Shown here: piece after piece, positions 18,672 to 29,300 of the stretch
How positions within the stretch are numbered: position 1 is the stretch's first letter
Layout: each line of letters starts with the position of its first letter
Assembly (NCBI GenBank): GCA_963718605.1
Contig: OY970363.1
Coordinates: forward strand, 1,262,150-1,326,149
Source of the DNA: an uncultured Actinomycetes bacterium
GTDB lineage: Bacteria; Actinomycetota; Acidimicrobiia; Acidimicrobiales; JACCXE01
Length of the DNA stretch: 64,000 nt
Reading direction: 5' to 3'
Translations under genes and position numbers: made by a program
Notes under the pieces: generated by a model
The model's database searches: none
Told to the model about the DNA's origin: nothing
What the model saw: the letters and a program-made list of their open reading frames with translations, nothing else

Positions 18672-19735
18672 CGGCACGGGGCGCAGTTCGAGCCGGCAGG
18701 CGCGGAGCAGTGGTATTGCTCGCCGTCACGGCAGTGTTGGTGGCAATGGCCTCACCCGCGTACGCCGCGGACACGACGCCGCCGACGATCACGGCTTCGG
18801 TCAACCCGGCGCCGAACGGTGCGGGCTGGAACAACGGTCCGGTCACCGTCCACTTCGCGTGCAACGACGCAGGCTCCGGCATCGCCAGTTGTACCCCCGA
18901 CCAGGGCGTGTCCGATGAAGGCATCACCGTCATCACGGGCCAAGCCGTCGACAACGACGGCAATACCGCGCAGGCTGCGGTCACCGTGAAGATCGACACC
19001 GTGGGCCCGATCATCCAGCTCACGACCAACCCGCCCGCCAGCACCAATTACGCGAACGGGCCGGTCACCGTGCACGCGACGTGCGGCGACGCGCTGTCGG
19101 GTATCGCGGTCTGCCCGCCGGACGTGGTGGTGAACGCCGAAGGCTCCACGCTGGTGAACCGGGTCGCCACCGATAAGGCCGGCAACAACTCGAATGCCGC
19201 GGTCACGGTGAAGATCGACACGGTCGGCCCGACGATCACCCCCTCGTTTGCCGGCACCCTCGGCGACAACGGCTTCTACACGAGCGCCCTGACGGTGTCC
19301 TACACCTGCAACGACGCCGGTAGCGGAGTGCGCAGCTGTCAATCGCCGAAGACCCTGTCGACGGATGGAGTGGTCACGCTCAAGGCGGTTGCGGCCGACA
19401 ATGTCGGGCACACCACCACGATCGACGTGCCGGTCAAGGTGGACAAGACCAAGCCGAAGGGTTCGATCAGCGCCCCGAGCCGGGGTCGCCTCGCACCGGG
19501 CGGAACCCTGCGGGGCAGTGCGTCCGATGGCATGTCCGGCGTGCAGTCGGTCACGGTCACCTATGACACCGGCCCCGCGGCCGCGGTCGCGCTCGTCTGT
19601 TACTCGTCCAACCGCGTGTGCACGTGGTCGGTAGCCGGGCCAGCCACGCTCGGCGCCCGCACCGCGACGGTCACGGTCAAAGACTTCGCGGGCAACGTGT
19701 TCGTGTCGCCGCTTACCCGCTTCACCGTCGCGTAG
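18668..19735 (+). CDS. Secreted protein with three to four tandem Ig-like repeats
   Basis: Signal peptide ending AYA-A; repeated unit DTxxP...PVTV...CxDAxSGxxxC...AxDxxGN...VKID. Confidence 0.8.
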   Translation: MTARGAVRAGRRGAVVLLAVTAVLVAMASPAYAADTTPPTITASVNPAPNGAGWNNGPVTVHFACNDAGSGIASCTPDQGVSDEGITVITGQAVDNDGNTAQAAVTVKIDTVGPIIQLTTNPPASTNYANGPVTVHATCGDALSGIAVCPPDVVVNAEGSTLVNRVATDKAGNNSNAAVTVKIDTVGPTITPSFAGTLGDNGFYTSALTVSYTCNDAGSGVRSCQSPKTLSTDGVVTLKAVAADNVGHTTTIDVPVKVDKTKPKGSISAPSRGRLAPGGTLRGSASDGMSGVQSVTVTYDTGPAAAVALVCYSSNRVCTWSVAGPATLGARTATVTVKDFAGNVFVSPLTRFTVA

Positions 19736-19737
19736 CG

Positions 19738-21153
19738 CTACCAGTCGGTCGGGGCGTAGTCCTTCAGGAACTGGCCGTGTACGTGGTGGCCGGTGTTGAA
19801 CCCCGAAATGATCGGGTCGCAGATCCGTGCGGCGCCGTCCACGATGTCGAGGGGCGGGTGGAACCGGTGTTCGGCTCGCTTCTGCTCGGCGATGGGGACC
19901 GGGTCCTCGTCGCTGACCCAGCCGGTGTCAACGCTGTTCATGTGGATGCCGTCCGCGAAGTAATCCGTCGCTGAGGTCCGGGTCATCATGTTCAGCGCGG
20001 CCTTGGCCATGTTGGTGTGCGGATGCTTGGTCGTTTTGAACTTCCGGTAGAACTGGCCTTCGACCGCTGACACGTTCACGATGTGCTTGTCGCGTTCGGG
20101 AGTGCGCAACATCAACGGCTTGAGCCGGGCGTTGAGCACGAAGGGCGCTACCGCGTTGACCAGTTGCGTCTCGAGCAGCTCGACGCTGGACACCTCGTGC
20201 AGCTGCAAGCGCCAACTGTTGCGGTCCCGCAGGTCGACTTGCTGCAGGTCTTGATCGAGCACGCCCTCGGGGAACAAGTGCGCGTCGGCCGACACCACGT
20301 CCATCTGGGCGAGCGCCGGCAGCAACGCCGAGGTCGCGGCGGGCAGCGCCGTGGCCCGTTCGTGGTCGAGCATGTGCGCATAGAACTCGGGCGGGCGGCG
20401 CACGGTTTGGCAGGCGTTGTTGATGATGAAGTCGAGGCGAGCTCGCGTGTCGAACAGGTAGTCGGCGAACGCTTCGACGCTCGGGGTATGCCGCAGGTCG
20501 AGGCCGTAGATCTCTAAGCGGCCCGACCAGTCCGCAAAGTCGGACTCGGCGGCGTAACGGGCGGCGGCGTCGCGGGGAAAGCGCGTGCTGACGATGAGGG
20601 ACGCGCCGGCGCGGAGCAACTTGATGCCCGCCTGGTAGCCGATCTTCACCCGACCTCCGGTGAGCAGGGCGACGCGGCCGCGCAGGTCGGCGGTTTCGGT
20701 GCGCTTGGCGAAGTTCAGCGTGGCGCAGGGCGGACACATCTGGTCGTAGAAGTGGTGAACCTCGACGAAGTCCTTCTTGCACACGTAGCAGTGGTGCGGC
20801 TCGTGTAGGTCGCTGAACTCGTCCGTGTCGACATCGGCTTGTTCGAAGCTCTCGGGTGCGAACACGTTCGGCGTCGTGAAAACGGGCTTGGCTCGCAGCC
20901 GCCGAATTCCGGTTTCGTTCTTGACCGCCTCGTCGCGCGCGATTTTGGCCCGTTTCTCGCTACGCTTTCGGGCTCGGAAGTACTGCCGACGTTCCTCCGG
21001 ATCGGGGTTGAACAGGGCACCAGCAGCATTAATTAGTTGTGCTCTGTCCGATTCGGGTAAATCAAAGAGCGGTCCCGGATCTCGCACCAGTTGCTCGAGG
21101 AGCGCCGTCAGGCGGCGAAGGGCCTCGGGACCTGGGGTTTCGTCCTGGGACAC
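19738..21153 (-). CDS. Atypical SDR-family oxidoreductase with an N-terminal CxxC...CxxC module
   Basis: CYVC...CPPC, ALLTGGRVKIG, IINNA, VNVSAVEG, HTNMAKAALNMMT; start taken at GTG 21153 (upstream of it the ORF is AT-rich and non-protein-like). Confidence 0.85.
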   Translation of the reverse strand: MSQDETPGPEALRRLTALLEQLVRDPGPLFDLPESDRAQLINAAGALFNPDPEERRQYFRARKRSEKRAKIARDEAVKNETGIRRLRAKPVFTTPNVFAPESFEQADVDTDEFSDLHEPHHCYVCKKDFVEVHHFYDQMCPPCATLNFAKRTETADLRGRVALLTGGRVKIGYQAGIKLLRAGASLIVSTRFPRDAAARYAAESDFADWSGRLEIYGLDLRHTPSVEAFADYLFDTRARLDFIINNACQTVRRPPEFYAHMLDHERATALPAATSALLPALAQMDVVSADAHLFPEGVLDQDLQQVDLRDRNSWRLQLHEVSSVELLETQLVNAVAPFVLNARLKPLMLRTPERDKHIVNVSAVEGQFYRKFKTTKHPHTNMAKAALNMMTRTSATDYFADGIHMNSVDTGWVSDEDPVPIAEQKRAEHRFHPPLDIVDGAARICDPIISGFNTGHHVHGQFLKDYAPTDW

Positions 21154-21392
21154 CGCAACAGGATACGTGCGAAAAAAATCTTGCCTGATTAAGTAAGAAA
21201 GGCAGGCATACACCGTTTCCGTAACGAACAATTCAGTTCTACGTCGCAGGAAGTACGTCAGAACGAGATGACTTGGAATGTTCGAGTCACATACAATCTC
21301 GTTTCGCAGCACCGGTACGGGGGCAGGCGGTACGTGTTCGGGTTCGGGTGTGTGCAGCTGGGTGCGCATGTTGAGTCGTGGGGTTACGCGCT

Positions 21393-22076
21393 ATGAGTAC
21401 AGAAAACATGACATTCGTCAGCCACAGGGCCTCCCCGGCATCGGTGCGCTTGGCGCGCCTGCAGCCCACGTCGTCCACGGCCAAGCGAGTGTTCGACGTT
21501 GTCGTCGCTTCTGTCGCGTTGTTGGTGCTGCTACCCGTCCTGCTCCTCATCGCCCTGGCCATCTTCATCACGTCGCCGGGCCGGGTCTCGTTCCGCCAAA
21601 CCCGGGTCGGCCTGCACGGCGAAGACTTCCGCATCTTCAAGTTCCGCACGATGGTGCGCGACGCCGAGCGCCGTCTCGTTACCGACGCCAAGCTGCGTGA
21701 GATCTACCTCGCCAATGACCACAAGGTTCCCGCCGCGCTCGACACTCGTGTTACGCGCCTCGGTCGTTTCCTCCGCAAGACCAGCCTTGACGAGCTGCCT
21801 CAGCTGCTCAACGTGCTGCGCGGACACATGAGCCTCGTCGGCCCCCGCCCGGTCGTGCCGGGTGAGCTGTTCCGCTACGGCCGCTACACCAGCCTCTACG
21901 AATCGGTGCGGCCCGGTGTGACCGGTCTCTGGCAGGCCAGCGGACGCTCGAACGTGCGGTACGACGAGCGCGTCAAGCTCGACGCCGAATACGTGCAGAA
22001 CTGGTCGTTTGGCCGCGACCTCAAGATCATCTTGAAGACGGTGCCTGCCGTGCTCAAGAGCCACGGCGCCCACTGA
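21393..22076 (+). CDS. Bacterial sugar transferase (second copy)
   Basis: AKRVFDVV, QTRVG, FKFRTM, DTRVTRLGRFLRKTSLDELPQLLNV, GVTGLWQ. Confidence 0.93.
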   Translation: MSTENMTFVSHRASPASVRLARLQPTSSTAKRVFDVVVASVALLVLLPVLLLIALAIFITSPGRVSFRQTRVGLHGEDFRIFKFRTMVRDAERRLVTDAKLREIYLANDHKVPAALDTRVTRLGRFLRKTSLDELPQLLNVLRGHMSLVGPRPVVPGELFRYGRYTSLYESVRPGVTGLWQASGRSNVRYDERVKLDAEYVQNWSFGRDLKIILKTVPAVLKSHGAH

Positions 22077-22080
22077 GCCG

Positions 22081-22959
22081 TTAACTCAGTAGCCGGCCCA
22101 GATCCTGGGCGGCCCAGGCTGCTCCGGCCACTGCGCCCCGCCACCCCCGCTCGCCACCGCCGCGCCGCGTCACCACGCGCGCCGTATTGCCGAGCAGCGA
22201 GCGCGCCGCCGACGCCTTAGTCCCTGCCGTGCCTGCGATCGCGTCACTGCGCCCACCCGCGTACGCCCGTCGCAACACGAAGCCGAGGCGGTCGCGCCCC
22301 GGCACCACGGTGTGGGCCACCACCGCGTCGGGGACGTAGCGCACGCGGTGGCTTTGCCGCAGGCGGGCGAAGAACTCCGTCTCTTCGTTCGAGATGAGGC
22401 TCGTGCCGCTGCGACCCAACGCCTCGTTGAATCCGCCCAGCTCCAGCGCCGTCGACCGGCGCACGGCCATGTTGGCGCCGAAGGGGCCCGTGCCCGGTTC
22501 AAAGTCGCGCGCGGTCGGGCCGAGATCGAGCCCCGCGAACAACCCGTCCAAAGCGGACGGCATCCACCGGGGACGGGCTGACGGCCACACGAGCGTGATC
22601 AGGCCGCCGGTCGCACCAACGCCGGCGTCGGCGAACGCGGTGGCGTGGTGCTGGGCCCAGCCGTCGGCGGCCACGGCGTCGTCATCGAGAAAAGCGACGA
22701 TTTCGCCAGTCGAATCCGTGAGAGCCCGGTTGCGGGCGTGGGACAACCCGAGGCGCGCCTCGAACGCGTAGACCACTCCGGGGCAGGCTGCTACAACGCG
22801 CTTGGTGGCGTCGGTCGACGCGTTGTCGATCACGATCACTTCGACAGGTGCACCGTCGACTACTTGGTCTTTCACGCTGCGAAGCGCCGCCTCCAGGTAA
22901 TCGGCCCGGTTATGCGTACATATCGCCACCGTCACCCGCACGCACCGCATTCTTGTCAT
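22081..22959 (-). CDS. Glycosyltransferase family 2
   Basis: VAICTHNR, VIDNASTD, GLSHARN, AFLDDDA, GANMAVRR. Confidence 0.92.
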   Translation of the reverse strand: MTRMRCVRVTVAICTHNRADYLEAALRSVKDQVVDGAPVEVIVIDNASTDATKRVVAACPGVVYAFEARLGLSHARNRALTDSTGEIVAFLDDDAVAADGWAQHHATAFADAGVGATGGLITLVWPSARPRWMPSALDGLFAGLDLGPTARDFEPGTGPFGANMAVRRSTALELGGFNEALGRSGTSLISNEETEFFARLRQSHRVRYVPDAVVAHTVVPGRDRLGFVLRRAYAGGRSDAIAGTAGTKASAARSLLGNTARVVTRRGGGERGWRGAVAGAAWAAQDLGRLLS

Positions 22960-23086
22960 CCTCAGTCGCCTATACGGCTACTCACGGTTACAAGAATGAA
23001 AGAAGCAGCCGGTTACGGGGCTGTTGCGGGTTCCTGACTTGACCGGCAGGCTGGATGCGAGTTCAATTTCTCGACCTGCTTCGGGC

Positions 23087-23145
23087 CAGCGTCGTCCCGT
23101 CCGCAGGAGCTTGTTCCAACACAGCTCCCACGGAGACGACAACTG
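23087..23145 (+). promoter_or_regulatory. Structured 5' leader that pairs the gltB Shine-Dalgarno sequence
   Basis: GTCGTC 23091-96 / GACGAC 23135-40, CCGT / ACGG, inner GGAGCT / AGCTCC stem; the GGAGA SD lies in the 3' arm. Confidence 0.45.
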
Positions 23146-26100
23146 ATGCTGCGCTTGCCCGCCCGCCCACCCGCGCCATATGGGCCCGCCTTCGGCGGGC
23201 CACCTGGCCCCCAGGGCCTTTACGACCCTCGCTTCGAGCACGACGCCTGCGGCGTCGCGTTCGTCGTCGACGTGCACGGCCGGCGCTCGCACGAGATGGT
23301 GCAGCTGGGCCTGAAGTCGCTCTGCAACTTGGATCACCGCGGGGCCACGGGCGCCGAGGCCAACGTGGGTGACGGCGCGGGCATCCTCATTCAGGTCCCG
23401 GACAAATTTTTCCGGGCCGTCGTCGACTTCGAGCTCCCCGCCCCCGGCACCTACGCCGTGGGCACCGCGTTCTTGCCCCGCGACGAAGGCGCGTGTGCCG
23501 CCGCGGTCGACCACGTCGAGAAGCTCGTCGCGGACGAAGGCCTGCGGGTGGTGGGCTGGCGCGACGTGCCGATCGACAACTCGATGATCGGAACGTTCGC
23601 GTCCGACGTCGAGCCGACGTTCCGGCAGCTGTTCGTCGCCGGCGCCGATCTGTCGGGGCTCGACCTCGAACGGCGAGTGTTCCTGTTGCGCAAGCGCCTC
23701 GAGCACGAAGCCGACGTGTACTTCGCGTCGCTGTCGGGCCGCACGCTCGTCTACAAGGGCATGCTCACTTCGCTCCAGCTTCAGGAGTTCTACGCCGACC
23801 TGCACGACGAGCGCATGGACACCGCGCTGGCGCTCGTGCACTCACGCTTCTCGACCAACACGTTCCCGTCTTGGCCTCTCGCTCACCCGTACCGCTACAT
23901 CGCGCACAACGGCGAGATCAACACGGTGCAGGGCAACCGCAACTGGATGCGCGCCCGTGAGGCGCTGCTGCAGAGCGATTTGTTCGCGGGCGACATGAGC
24001 CGGGCGTTCCCCATTTGCACGCCCGGAGCGTCGGACACGGCGAGCTTCGACGAAACGCTTGAACTCCTGCACCTCGGCGGCCGGTCGCTACCGCACGCGG
24101 TGCTCATGATGATCCCCGAAGCATGGGAACGCCACGAGTCGATGCCGGCGTGGAAGCGCAACTTCTACGAGTTCCACGCGTCGGTAATGGAGCCCTGGGA
24201 CGGGCCGGCGTCGATCGCGTTCACCGACGGCACGATCATCGGATCAGTGCTCGACCGCAACGGCCTGCGCCCGGGGCGTTACTGGGTTACCGAAGACGGC
24301 CTGGTGGTAATGGCGAGCGAAGCCGGAGTACTGCCGATCGATCCCGCGACGGTGATCGAGAAGGGTCGCATGCAGCCGGGCAAGATGTTCCTGGTCGACA
24401 CGGCGCAAGGCCGCATCATCCGCGACGAAGAGATCAAGCAGCAGCTGGCCGACGAGCTGCCCTACGGGGACTGGATCCGCGACGGCCTCGTGCACCTGGC
24501 CGATTTGCCCGACCGGTTCATGCTCACGCCGCAACACACGACGGTCGTGTTGCATCAGCGCGAGTTCGGCTACACGACCGAAGAGCTGAAGATCCTGTTG
24601 CAGCCCATGGCCAAAACCGGCGGTGAAGCGCTCGGCTCGATGGGCACCGACACGCCGATCGCGGTGTTGAGCGAACGTCCGCGTCTGCTGTTCGACTACT
24701 TCTCGCAACTGTTCGCGCAGGTGACGAACCCGCCGCTCGACGCGATCCGCGAGGAGATGGTCACGTCGATGGCGCGCACGATCGGCCGCGAGTCAAACCT
24801 GCTCGCGCCCGGGCCCGACTCGTGCAAACAGATCGTGCTGCCGTCGCCGATCCTGTCGAACGAAGACCTCGCCAAGATCCTTTACATCCACGAAGAGGGC
24901 GGAGTCGAAGGCTTCATTCCCTTCGCGATCGACGGTCTGTACGACGTCGCGCTCGGTGGCGAGGGCATCCGCGCCGCGCTCGACGATGTTCGCACCCAGG
25001 TGTCGGCCGCGATCGCGGCAGGTGCCAACGTGATCGTGCTCAGCGACCGGCACTCGAACGTGGAACAGGCGCCGATCCCGTCGCTACTCCTGACCAGCGC
25101 GGTGCATCACCATCTGATCCGCGAGAAGACCCGGACGCGCGTTGCCCTGGTGGTCGAAACCGGCGACGCCCGCGAGGTGCACCACATGGCGCTGCTGATC
25201 GGCTTCGGCGCCGCCGCGATCAACCCGTACCTGGCCTTCGAGACGATCGAAGACATGATCGCCCACGGCGAACTCACCGGTATCTCGCCGCACAAGGCGA
25301 TCTACAACTACATCAAGGCGTGCACCAAGGGCGTGCTGAAGGTGATGTCGAAGATGGGCATCTCGACGGTCGCGTCCTACACCGGTGCGCAGGTCTTCGA
25401 AGCGGTCGGGCTCGCGGCGGACTTCGTGGACGAGTACTTCACGGGTGTCACATCCAAGCTCGGGGGCATCGGCCTCGACGAAGTCGCGGCCGAAGTGGCG
25501 CTGCGCCATCGCTACGCGCACTACGACCGTCCGAGCGAACAGGCCGACCGCGACCTGTGGGTAGGCGGCGAGTACCAGTGGCGCCGCGAAGGTGAGTACC
25601 ACCTGTTCAACCCCGACACCGTGTTCAAGTTGCAGCACTCGACGCGATCGGGTCGCTACGACATTTTCAAGCAGTACAGCCAAGCGGTCGACAACCAGTC
25701 GAAGCGACTCGCCACGCTGCGCGGCCTGTTCAAGTTCAAGGAAGGCCAACGCGCGCCGGTCCCCATCGACGAGGTGCAGCCGATCGCCGACATCGTGAAG
25801 CGGTTCTCGACCGGCGCGATGAGCTACGGGTCGATCTCGCAAGAGGCGCACGAGACCCTCGCCATCGCGATGAACCGCATCGGGGGCAGGAGCAACACCG
25901 GCGAAGGCGGCGAGGACTCGAATCGCTACACGCCTGACGACAACGGCGACTTACGTCGATCCGCCGTCAAGCAGGTGGCGTCAGGCCGCTTTGGCGTGAC
26001 CAGCGAATACCTCACGAACGCCGACGACTTGCAGATCAAGATGGCGCAGGGTGCGAAGCCGGGCGAGGGCGGTCAGCTGCCGGGCAGCAAGGTGTACCCG

Positions 26101-27726
26101 TGGATCGCAGCCACGCGGCAGTCGACGCCGGGGGTGGGTCTCATCTCGCCGCCGCCGCACCACGACATTTATTCGATCGAGGACCTCAAGCAGCTCATCC
26201 ACGACTTGAAGAACGCGAATCCAGCGGCGCGCGTGCACGTGAAGCTCGTGGCCGAGGTCGGCGTCGGCACGGTCGCGGCCGGCGTGGCCAAGGCAAAGGC
26301 GGACGTGGTCCTGATCAGCGGGCACGACGGTGGCACCGCGGCGGCGCCGCAGACCTCGCTCAAGCATGCGGGCGCGCCGTGGGAACTCGGCTTGGCCGAG
26401 ACCCAACAAACGTTGTTGCTCAACGGTTTGCGCGACCGGATCGTCGTGCAGGTCGACGGCCAATTGAAGACCGGACGCGACGTGATGATCGCGGCATTGC
26501 TCGGCGGTGAAGAGTTCGGCTTCGCGACGGCGCCGCTCGTGGTGAGCGGCTGCATCATGATGCGCGTCTGCCACCTCGATACCTGCCCGGTTGGCGTGGC
26601 CACGCAGAACCCCGAACTACGGGCCCGGTTCACCGGCAAGCCCGAGTTTGTCGTCAACTTCATGGAGTTCATCGCCGAGGAAGTGCGCGAGCACCTGGCC
26701 ATGCTCGGGTTCCGCACGCTCGAGGAAGCGATCGGTCACGTCGAGATGCTCGACGCGACAGAAGCCATCGAACAGTGGAAGGCCCAGAAGCTGTCGCTGG
26801 ACCCGATCCTGTTCCAGCCGACGTCGCCGTGGGAGCAGGATCTGTACCAAACCAAAACGCAGGACCATGGCCTCGAGCGTGCGCTCGACGTCGAGTTGAT
26901 CGCGCACGCGCAACCGGCCCTCGCTGACGGATCCGTCGTGCAACTGGCGATGCCGATCGGCAATATCAATCGCACCGTGGGCACGATGCTCGGCCACGAG
27001 GTGACCAAGAAGTACGGCGCCGCTGGTCTGCCCAACGACACCATCGACGTCACGTTCACGGGGTCGGCCGGGCAGAGCTTCGGGGCGTTCGTGCCTAGCG
27101 GCATCACGCTGCGCCTGTACGGCGACGCCAACGACTACGTGGGCAAGGGCCTGAGTGGCGGTCGCGTCGTGGTGCGGCCACCGGAGGACACGGCTGAGGG
27201 CTTCGTCGCCGAAGACAACGTGATCGCGGGCAACGTGATCCTTTACGGCGCGACGAGCGGCGAGATGTACCTGCGCGGGGTCGTCGGCGAGCGCTTCTGC
27301 GTGCGCAACTCGGGCGCCACCGCCGTGGTCGAGGGCGTCGGTGATCACGGCTGTGAGTACATGACCGGTGGACGGGCGGTCGTGCTCGGTCCGACCGGCC
27401 GCAACTTCGGCGCCGGCATGTCAGGCGGCATCGCCTACGTGTATGACGGCGACGACAAGTTCGTGCAGCGCCTCAACTTTGAAATGGTCGACCTCGAGCG
27501 CATCGACGAGGAAGACGTCACATGGCTGCGCAACACCATCCGCACGCATCAGGCCGAGACCGGTTCACCGGTGGCCGAGCGGATTTTGAAGAACTGGCAC
27601 GACGAAGTGCGCCAGTTCCGCAAGGTCATGCCGAAGGACTACCGCCGCGTGCTCGACGCGATGGCGGAAGCCGAATCACAAGGAAGAGATCCAGTGGAAG
27701 CAGTTATGGCGTCGGCACGCGGATGA
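23146..27726 (+). CDS. gltB: Glutamate synthase large subunit
   Basis: EHDACGV N-terminal Ntn Cys, [40 protein letters not shown], [13 protein letters not shown]; 1526 aa. Confidence 0.98.
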   Translation: MLRLPARPPAPYGPAFGGPPGPQGLYDPRFEHDACGVAFVVDVHGRRSHEMVQLGLKSLCNLDHRGATGAEANVGDGAGILIQVPDKFFRAVVDFELPAPGTYAVGTAFLPRDEGACAAAVDHVEKLVADEGLRVVGWRDVPIDNSMIGTFASDVEPTFRQLFVAGADLSGLDLERRVFLLRKRLEHEADVYFASLSGRTLVYKGMLTSLQLQEFYADLHDERMDTALALVHSRFSTNTFPSWPLAHPYRYIAHNGEINTVQGNRNWMRAREALLQSDLFAGDMSRAFPICTPGASDTASFDETLELLHLGGRSLPHAVLMMIPEAWERHESMPAWKRNFYEFHASVMEPWDGPASIAFTDGTIIGSVLDRNGLRPGRYWVTEDGLVVMASEAGVLPIDPATVIEKGRMQPGKMFLVDTAQGRIIRDEEIKQQLADELPYGDWIRDGLVHLADLPDRFMLTPQHTTVVLHQREFGYTTEELKILLQPMAKTGGEALGSMGTDTPIAVLSERPRLLFDYFSQLFAQVTNPPLDAIREEMVTSMARTIGRESNLLAPGPDSCKQIVLPSPILSNEDLAKILYIHEEGGVEGFIPFAIDGLYDVALGGEGIRAALDDVRTQVSAAIAAGANVIVLSDRHSNVEQAPIPSLLLTSAVHHHLIREKTRTRVALVVETGDAREVHHMALLIGFGAAAINPYLAFETIEDMIAHGELTGISPHKAIYNYIKACTKGVLKVMSKMGISTVASYTGAQVFEAVGLAADFVDEYFTGVTSKLGGIGLDEVAAEVALRHRYAHYDRPSEQADRDLWVGGEYQWRREGEYHLFNPDTVFKLQHSTRSGRYDIFKQYSQAVDNQSKRLATLRGLFKFKEGQRAPVPIDEVQPIADIVKRFSTGAMSYGSISQEAHETLAIAMNRIGGRSNTGEGGEDSNRYTPDDNGDLRRSAVKQVASGRFGVTSEYLTNADDLQIKMAQGAKPGEGGQLPGSKVYPWIAATRQSTPGVGLISPPPHHDIYSIEDLKQLIHDLKNANPAARVHVKLVAEVGVGTVAAGVAKAKADVVLISGHDGGTAAAPQTSLKHAGAPWELGLAETQQTLLLNGLRDRIVVQVDGQLKTGRDVMIAALLGGEEFGFATAPLVVSGCIMMRVCHLDTCPVGVATQNPELRARFTGKPEFVVNFMEFIAEEVREHLAMLGFRTLEEAIGHVEMLDATEAIEQWKAQKLSLDPILFQPTSPWEQDLYQTKTQDHGLERALDVELIAHAQPALADGSVVQLAMPIGNINRTVGTMLGHEVTKKYGAAGLPNDTIDVTFTGSAGQSFGAFVPSGITLRLYGDANDYVGKGLSGGRVVVRPPEDTAEGFVAEDNVIAGNVILYGATSGEMYLRGVVGERFCVRNSGATAVVEGVGDHGCEYMTGGRAVVLGPTGRNFGAGMSGGIAYVYDGDDKFVQRLNFEMVDLERIDEEDVTWLRNTIRTHQAETGSPVAERILKNWHDEVRQFRKVMPKDYRRVLDAMAEAESQGRDPVEAVMASARG

Positions 27727-27848
27727 ACGTGAACCGACGAACAATGTGCGGCAACCGGACGGCCGGTGTGGGGCGAGCGAAGCGAGGGGCCCCACACTTC
27801 GGAGGAGGCCGGGCCTGCGGGCGCCCGGCCGGGGAAAATAATGGGTGA
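27723..27848 (+). other. REP-containing 41-codon mini-ORF linking the gltB stop to the gltD start
   Basis: ATGA overlap with the gltB stop; its TGA lies in ATGGGTGA at the gltD start; contains hairpins 27766-27797 and 27807-27830. Confidence 0.55.
27766..27830. repeat. Two REP-like hairpins in the gltB-gltD spacer
   Basis: GTGTGGGGC...GCCCCACAC around GAGCGAAGCGAG; GGCCGGGC...GCCCGGCC. Confidence 0.75.
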
Positions 27849-29292
27849 CGTTCGCGGGTTCATGAAGCATGACCGGGCGACGCCGACGCGGCGGTCGGTG
27901 CCGGTGCGGCTGCGCGACTGGAAAGAGGTGTACGAGCCGTTCCCGACGGACGCGCTGGCCGTGCAGGCGAGTCGATGCATGGACTGCGGCATCCCGTTCT
28001 GTAATCAGGGCTGCCCGCTCGGCAACCTCATCCCGGACTGGAACGACCTCGTGTACCGCGATCAGTGGCGCCAGGCCATCGCGCGGCTGCACGCCACGAA
28101 TAACTTTCCTGAGTTCACGGGCCGCCTCTGCCCGGCGCCGTGCGAGGCCGCGTGTGTGCTCGGCATCAACCAGAACCCGGTCACGATCAAGCAGGTCGAA
28201 GTCACCATCGTCGACCGGGCGTGGGATGAAGGCTGGATCACACCGGTCATGCCGAGCGTGCAGACCGGCAAGAAGGTTGCAGTAGTCGGCTCCGGGCCCG
28301 CCGGCCTCGCCGCCGCGCAGCAACTCACGCGCGCCGGCCACGCGGTGACGGTCTTCGAGCGGGCCGATCGCATCGGCGGCCTACTCCGTTACGGCATCCC
28401 GGAATTCAAAATGGAGAAGCGCCACCTCAACCGCCGCATCGAACAGATGGAGGCCGAAGGCACGGTGTTCCGCACCAGCGTGAACGTCGGCGTCGACCTC
28501 AGCCACGACGAGTTGCGCGCGCAGTTCGACGCCATCGTGTTGGCCGGCGGCGCGACGAATTGGCGGGACCTGCCGATTCCGGGTCGCGAACTCAACGGCA
28601 TCTATCAGGCGATGGAGTACCTGCCGGGCGCGAACCGGGTGCAGGAAGGTGACCTCACCGAGCCGCCCGTCACGTCCGAGGGCAAGCACGTGATCATCAT
28701 CGGCGGCGGCGACACGGGCGCCGACTGCCTCGGCACCGCGCACCGTCAGGGTGCGGCGTCGATTCACCAGTTCGAGATCATGGCCCGCCCTCCAGAAGAG
28801 CGGCCGGCGGAGAATCCGTGGCCGACCTGGCCGTTCATCATGCGGGTCTCGTCGGCCCACGAAGAAGGCGGCGAGCGCGTGTTCTCCGTCAACACCGAGT
28901 GCTTCTTGGGCGACGACGACGGCAACGTCCGAGCGCTGCGCGCGCATGAGGTCGAGATGAAGGACGGGCGCTTCGAAAAGATCGAAGGGTCAGATTTCGA
29001 GTTGCCCGCCGAGCGCGTGTACCTCGCGATGGGCTTCCTCGGCCCCCAGGTGGAGGGCCTACTGGAAGGCCTCGGGGTCGAACTCGACGAGCGCTCGAAC
29101 GTTCGCAGGCGTGACGACTGGATGTCATCGGTCGACGGCGTGTTCGTGGCCGGCGACATGGGCCGAGGGCAGAGCCTGATTGTGTGGGCTATCGCGGAGG
29201 GCCGCTCGTGCGCGTCCGCCGTCGATCAGTGGCTGATGGGCGACACCGCGCTGCCAGCGCCGCTCAAGCCCACCGACCGCCCCCTGATGTAG
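27841..29292 (+). CDS. gltD: Glutamate synthase small subunit
   Basis: SRCMDCGIPFC, NNFPEFTGRLCPAPCE, VVGSGPAGL, IGGGDTGADC; start MGDVRGF at 27841. Confidence 0.97.
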   Translation: MGDVRGFMKHDRATPTRRSVPVRLRDWKEVYEPFPTDALAVQASRCMDCGIPFCNQGCPLGNLIPDWNDLVYRDQWRQAIARLHATNNFPEFTGRLCPAPCEAACVLGINQNPVTIKQVEVTIVDRAWDEGWITPVMPSVQTGKKVAVVGSGPAGLAAAQQLTRAGHAVTVFERADRIGGLLRYGIPEFKMEKRHLNRRIEQMEAEGTVFRTSVNVGVDLSHDELRAQFDAIVLAGGATNWRDLPIPGRELNGIYQAMEYLPGANRVQEGDLTEPPVTSEGKHVIIIGGGDTGADCLGTAHRQGAASIHQFEIMARPPEERPAENPWPTWPFIMRVSSAHEEGGERVFSVNTECFLGDDDGNVRALRAHEVEMKDGRFEKIEGSDFELPAERVYLAMGFLGPQVEGLLEGLGVELDERSNVRRRDDWMSSVDGVFVAGDMGRGQSLIVWAIAEGRSCASAVDQWLMGDTALPAPLKPTDRPLM

Positions 29293-29300
29293 CCGCCCTC

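Noticed and set aside
21154-21369. 71-aa N-terminal extension of the SDR in the ORF track
   Set aside because: AT-rich with atypical codons; more likely the divergent promoter region shared with the sugar transferase.
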